A stretch of 64,000 nt of DNA from Hormiphora californensis (lineage: Eukaryota > Animalia > Ctenophora), in contig CM035350.1 in the NCBI GenBank assembly GCA_020137815.1, positions 9,982,001 through 10,046,000 of the forward strand, written 5' to 3'. The translations under genes were made by a program, and so were the position numbers. Shown here in pieces: positions 59,230 to 64,000 of the stretch. Under the pieces are notes generated by a model that saw nothing but the letters and a program-made list of their open reading frames with translations, was not told the DNA's origin and made no database searches. Position 1 is the stretch's first letter. Every line of letters begins with the position of its first letter.

Positions 59230-62200
59230 TCATTTGATTATTTCCATTGAGAAATTTGTTGGTGACCACTCGTCGGTCTCGTTGCTATAGCTATGTGGGA
59301 GGCTTTGTAAAGTAAGTAGATATCTAGTTAGTAAATTTTTAAAGGGGTTAAAGAAGTAGTCCTTGAGATGGCGTTGTGATGTTTTTTTATTATTATTATC
59401 TGTGTTGAGGGTGGCATTTGCACATGGCACGATATGATTATACAGAATAGGGCCTATGTAAGCAGCCTGTCTTTTTGATCGCTCTAGTCGGAACTCGGGA
59501 ACATCGAGTATTTTAATTGGGAGACTAGTGGATCTAGTGTAATACTGGGGCGCAGAGGTGGGGGATGTTGGAGAGAATAGTAACTGGATGTTGTCAGGAG
59601 CAACTTTTAGTCTGGTTTTTTGGATTAAACATAGGATTGATTTTGTGATGATGTTGGGTAGTGCTAAAAGTTTGTGGGCGGTGAAGATAGGTTTAGTGTG
59701 GGAGGGGATGGTACCTGATTTGCTGTCGTAGAAGAGTCTGGATTTGCTATTGAGGGCCCTGACACCTTTTTTTTGGGCCGAGAATAAGGGTTTCAGTGAA
59801 TTCTGGGATGCGGTTCCCCAAACGGATGCACAGTAGAGCAGATGTGATTCGATAAAGCTGTTGTAGAGGCACTTGAGAGACTTGAGAGGCAGTACTCCTC
59901 GCATTTTGTATAAGATGCCTGCGTTGCGACCTACTTTTGCGGCTAGTGCTGTGACATGATGTTTCCAGCTTAAATTAGAGTCTATGATTACCCCGAGGAA
60001 CTTAGCATGATCGGTCGCTATTATTTTGACGCCTCCGAGATGGATTTGTAGTTCGGAGACTCGTGATCGATCCCTGTTGGTGAATACGAGAAGCTTTGTT
60101 TTGCCTATATTGAGTTTAAGCCCGTTACCGCCAACCCATCTATCCACCGCGAGAAGAGCTCGGTTGACTCTCTCTTCTAGCTCTTCGAAACTGTCGGCTG
60201 ATATGATGAGATTGGAATCGTCCGCGAATATGAAGAATTTGGCTAAAGGAACTGCAGCTGGAAGATCATTAATATAGATAAGAAATAGAGTCGGGCCCAG
60301 ATTTGAGCCCTGGGGAACGCCGTGTTTTATGACACGATCTTCGGAGTTATTGTTATTGACACAGACATATTGCATTCTTTGACGCAAGTAAGACGAGAAC
60401 CATTCTAGGTTGCTACCTCTGACTCCGTAATGCTCTAATTTATGTAAGAGAAGACGGTGATCTACCATATCGAAGGCCTTGCTAAAATCTAATAGGAGTA
60501 GTGCGGTTACTTTTTTGCGTTCGAGGGCTCGGATAATGGCATTTTGTGCTTCCAGAATAGCGTGCTCGCAGGAATGTGACCTTCTGAAACCATATTGTGA
60601 TGTGAATAAAATATTATTAGTGTTTAAGTGCTTCGTAAGGCGGGTTAACATAATTTTTTCATAAATTTTTGAGAATGTGGGAAGTAGAGAGATTGGTCGG
60701 TAGTTGGCGATATCTGTGCGTGAGCCCTGTTTGAATAGGGGAATGACTTTGGCTTTCTTTAATTTACTGGGGAAAATACCCTGGGCGAGGGATGCCGCTA
60801 CTGTGTGTTGCAGGATATTGGAAATGGGATCTACTGCGGCTTTTAGAGGTGCTATTCCCGTGTCGGAGGTTGCTCGTATTTTCAGCGACTTAACAGTCTC
60901 TTTTATTTCTAGTACTGTTACGGGTTCTAGCGACATGTTAGATTTACATCTTGTATCTGGCGAGAGGCTAGGTTGAGAGCAGGAAGGGTTACTGGAAGAA
61001 TCTTTTAGTTTCTGTGCTATGTTGGTGAAGTAGTCATTGAACGCCTCAGCTATTTTCGTGTTGCTGGTTATAGTTTCGCCTTCATAGTCAATCTTACTGA
61101 TCTGAGCTTTGGCCTTACGTGTTCTATTCAGGAGCTGGTTTATTAATTGCCATTGCTTTTTGCAATCACTACTATGACGTTCCATGTACTGATTGTAGTA
61201 GCGGTGTTTTGCAATACGTATGTGTTTATCTACAAACTTTTTCATACGTGTGTAATAAAATTTGTTTTGAGGAGAGGGATGGAGGACAAATTTGCTGTAA
61301 AGGCGATTTTTGCGGGCACACGCACAGCGCAGCCAATCAAGAATCCAGGGTTTATTCTCCCGTTCCTTGCGTCGCTTTGGTTTACTAAGGGGAAAGCATT
61401 TATTGTAGACACGTGTGTATTCTTCATAAAATTTATTGAATTTTTGGTCTGCATCTTCTACTAGGTTCAAAAAGTCCCAGTCGATATTATTGATTTCATG
61501 GACAAAATTCTGGGTGGCCTGTGTAGTGATAGGACGGGTGTCGGCGCTGCATTGCCCTAACATTTTATGGATCTTTTCGTTATCTGTGAGAAAAGTTGCA
61601 AATGTAACTAGGTGGTCCGACAAATCGACATCTGTGAGAACTCCTGATTTCGTTACAGTGTGACAGGAGTTTGTAAATATGTGGTCAATAAGGGTTGCCG
61701 AGTGGTCGGTTATGCGTGTGGGGCGAGAGATTAGTGGTGAAAAGCCAAACTCATTGAGTTTATTAACAAAGTTCGAACAAATATCCACTTTTCCATAATC
61801 TAAGAGATTTAGATTACTATCGCCTGCTAAGATGATAACTTTATTTCTGTGGCGATGGAGACCCGAGAGAATGTTTTCAAATTTATCAAGAAAAGCGGTT
61901 TGATCAGAATTTGGAGACCTATAGTAGCTAGTTATAACAATATTCTTGCCATTGTTTCGGCAGATTTCCAGGGTTAGAAATTCCCCTGAGTTATAACTTG
62001 AATTGTCGCTAAGTTGATCTAGGGATTTAATGTTTAACAGATCGCAGAAATTTTTGTTAACGTAAATAGCAAGACCGCCTCCTTTACCACTGTAATCTGG
62101 CGGGAATCTGGGTGAAGGGCTGATGGAAACCTTCCAGAGCCAGCTCCTCGCCGCTGAAAGGGAGATTAGAGGGGTTGCAATTGGTCTCGTTGAAACAAAG

Positions 62201-62896
62201 GACGTCGAATTTCCTGAAGAAGCTCAAGTTCTCGTTAATATTTGTAATGCTCCCTGCTAAAGACCTGATGTTAGCAGAGAGGACTTGAAGCTCGCCAGTT
62301 TTTTGAGTTTTGATGGCGGTGTGTGAGCGGTAATTACAGGATCTCAGAATTTCAGATGGTATTTCCCAATCCTCCGCGGATTCATCCGGAGAGGTATGCC
62401 CTACATAGTTAATGAAGTTTTTGTGGTCGTACGGATTGAACGAGCTGGAGTTACGGCAGATGCGAGTGATGGGCGGGGCAACGTAGCCCGGAAGAACGTC
62501 TCCAGCGCACGTCCTACAGCCTAGCGATCCCATGGAGCATTTGGGATGGGTGTAACGCTCACAGAGCCAGCATTGGCTCATCTTTGGGAGATTGCCAATT
62601 TTTTTGCAGATGTGGCAGGTGATATTGTATAGTGCAGCGAGAGTAAGTGGAGTAGAGTTTTCATTTGTAGGGAGAAGATCTAGTGGAAGAGCTGATCTCG
62701 TACATGGTTCACATGTCCAGGTACAAGCGAGGCCAGAATTTTCTAGGATAAGTATATCAGTAGGGGCTAAATTTACACACTTAGGGTGGAACGACATGTT
62801 GCATTGGTGACAATTAACATTTTTCTTGTGTTTCCAAATTTTAGTTGTGCAGTTACTACAGTGCTGCATCTGATGTTGGTAGTAGTTATTATACAA
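59230..62896 (-). CDS. LINE ORF2: two PHD fingers, APE and RT; one frameshift near 62095
   Basis: Cys-rich N-terminus, ANIRSL, FNET, GGGLAIYV (shifted frame), YRSP, GDSN, RPTRIT..SATLIDHIFTN, SDH, NYRPISLL, DFSKAFD, GVPQGSNLGP, FADD. Confidence 0.9.
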
Positions 62897-63172
62897 ATAT
62901 TATACGTTATGTAAGTAAAGTAATGAGGCTGGGGTGTTACTGAGAAGATTAGGGAACCTTATGTTCAGTAGCACAGCAGCCTAACAAAAAAGAGATAGGC
63001 TAGGCTAAGTTGAGAGTATTAGAAAGAAGAAGGTGGGGGTTAGGATTGGGGGGGGGGGAGGGGTTGAGAAGTTGAGTTTGGAAAGTTAAGTTAATTTGAT
63101 GTTGTGGGGACAGCAGGTTATAAAGTGAGCGTGTTGTGAATATAAAATGATGATTCAGATGACCCGTTGTGA

Positions 63173-64000
63173 TCAGCCTACATACCCCTGTATGTCTCTG
63201 AGTTCCGCTCTGAGTGGCCAGAGGCGCCAGCCCTGCCATCTACCCGGCCCACCATAGAGATGGTCGGTAAGGTGGATGGCGATGGACCTCGATAACCTAC
63301 GCTTGACGGTGGGGAGCAGGTGTATACCGTGACGTTCGTCCAGTATACGACTGCCCCTGCACCACAACCCTCTTGCTTCCGCATGAGTGTCAAGGAAGAG
63401 AAGGTTGGGGAGAGCACCTGATAACTCAAAAAGTTCAAAGTTCGTGTCCTTCACCTCATAATTGACCCATTTTCCAGTGGTGCGAGATGCCGTTTCTAGG
63501 AGAGAGTTTATCACGAACGTGGTGCCTGGATGTTTAACGCAAAGGCGCCGGATCATCGGACCCACTATCTCAATTAGAGACCATGCTCGGTGACCATATC
63601 TTGTGATGTCGTTGATGCCAGCCGAGATGAATACTGTATCAGTGCCCTCAAACATGTGGGAGTATTTGTCCAGGTCAGTTAGCTGATAGAACTGACGGTA
63701 TACCACCTGTAGACCTGGAATACCAGATGGGAAGTCCCTATCGATGCCACTGAACATAGAATCCGACAGTATTAGAACCCGTTTAGGAGGGCGCCGGGGA
63801 GTCTCGGGTTCTTTAACAGGGGGAACACGGGAAGGGGTGTCGGAGATGGGGATGGGGGACAGTTTACGGAACGTCAGTGAGATGCGGGGCTCCTTCACTG
63901 CTGGCTCCCTGGGAATACAGTGCTCCCAGTTCTCTTGGCATTCCCGGGAGAAAGCATACCCTGAACCATGATGCTGGGGATGGGTGAATGTGACCTTCGC
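63173..64000 (-). CDS. LINE ORF1 C-terminal part: AlkB-like 2OG-Fe(II) dioxygenase end fused to an SGNH esterase-like domain
   Basis: Frame open from 64000: HGSGYAFSRECQENWEHCIPREPAVKEPRISLTFRK, then VLILSDS...AGINDI...D..HGIHL. Confidence 0.75.
   Translation of the reverse strand, partial: AKVTFTHPQHHGSGYAFSRECQENWEHCIPREPAVKEPRISLTFRKLSPIPISDTPSRVPPVKEPETPRRPPKRVLILSDSMFSGIDRDFPSGIPGLQVVYRQFYQLTDLDKYSHMFEGTDTVFISAGINDITRYGHRAWSLIEIVGPMIRRLCVKHPGTTFVINSLLETASRTTGKWVNYEVKDTNFELFELSGALPNLLFLDTHAEARGLWCRGSRILDERHGIHLLPTVKRRLSRSIAIHLTDHLYGGPGRWQGWRLWPLRAELRDIQGYVG

Larger units (their letters stand above)
58743..64000 (-). mobile_element. CR1/L2-group (Crack/Daphne-like) LINE with (TTGA)n tail; 5' end outside window
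   Basis: ORF1 fragment, PHD-APE-RT ORF2, (TC)n in the 3' UTR, microsatellite tail. Confidence 0.9.

Overview
Gene-dense, intron-rich eukaryotic (animal) DNA with abundant (CT)n/(GA)n microsatellites; the style suggests a ctenophore-like compact genome (inference). I reconstructed nine host genes by reading splice sites: TRMT13 (3' end), NDUFA12, CFAP73/CCDC42, PEX1 (with many single-base insertions), ZMIZ1, a RAB24-like GTPase, MCAT, cytochrome b5 and a GOLD-domain gene. Non-LTR retroelements include a two-ORF CR1-group LINE, an R4/Dong element sitting in a (GA)n tract with an RTE nested in its 3' UTR, a CRE-like fragment, and a CR1/L2-group LINE at the right edge. There is also a non-autonomous Helitron and several MITEs with readable TIRs/TSDs. 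Most notable: (1) the right-edge LINE ORF1 appears to fuse an AlkB-type dioxygenase to an SGNH esterase; (2) every host start codon has a splice-acceptor AG 2-12 nt upstream and some genes form tight same-strand runs, suggesting SL trans-splicing and operons; (3) a G_GUU_UUU candidate -1 frameshift site links ORF1 to ORF2 in the CR1-like LINE; (4) tandem duplications repeatedly copy splice junctions. Scattered indels in essential genes suggest assembly errors, so frameshifts should be read cautiously. All family assignments come from motif recognition by eye; no searches were run.
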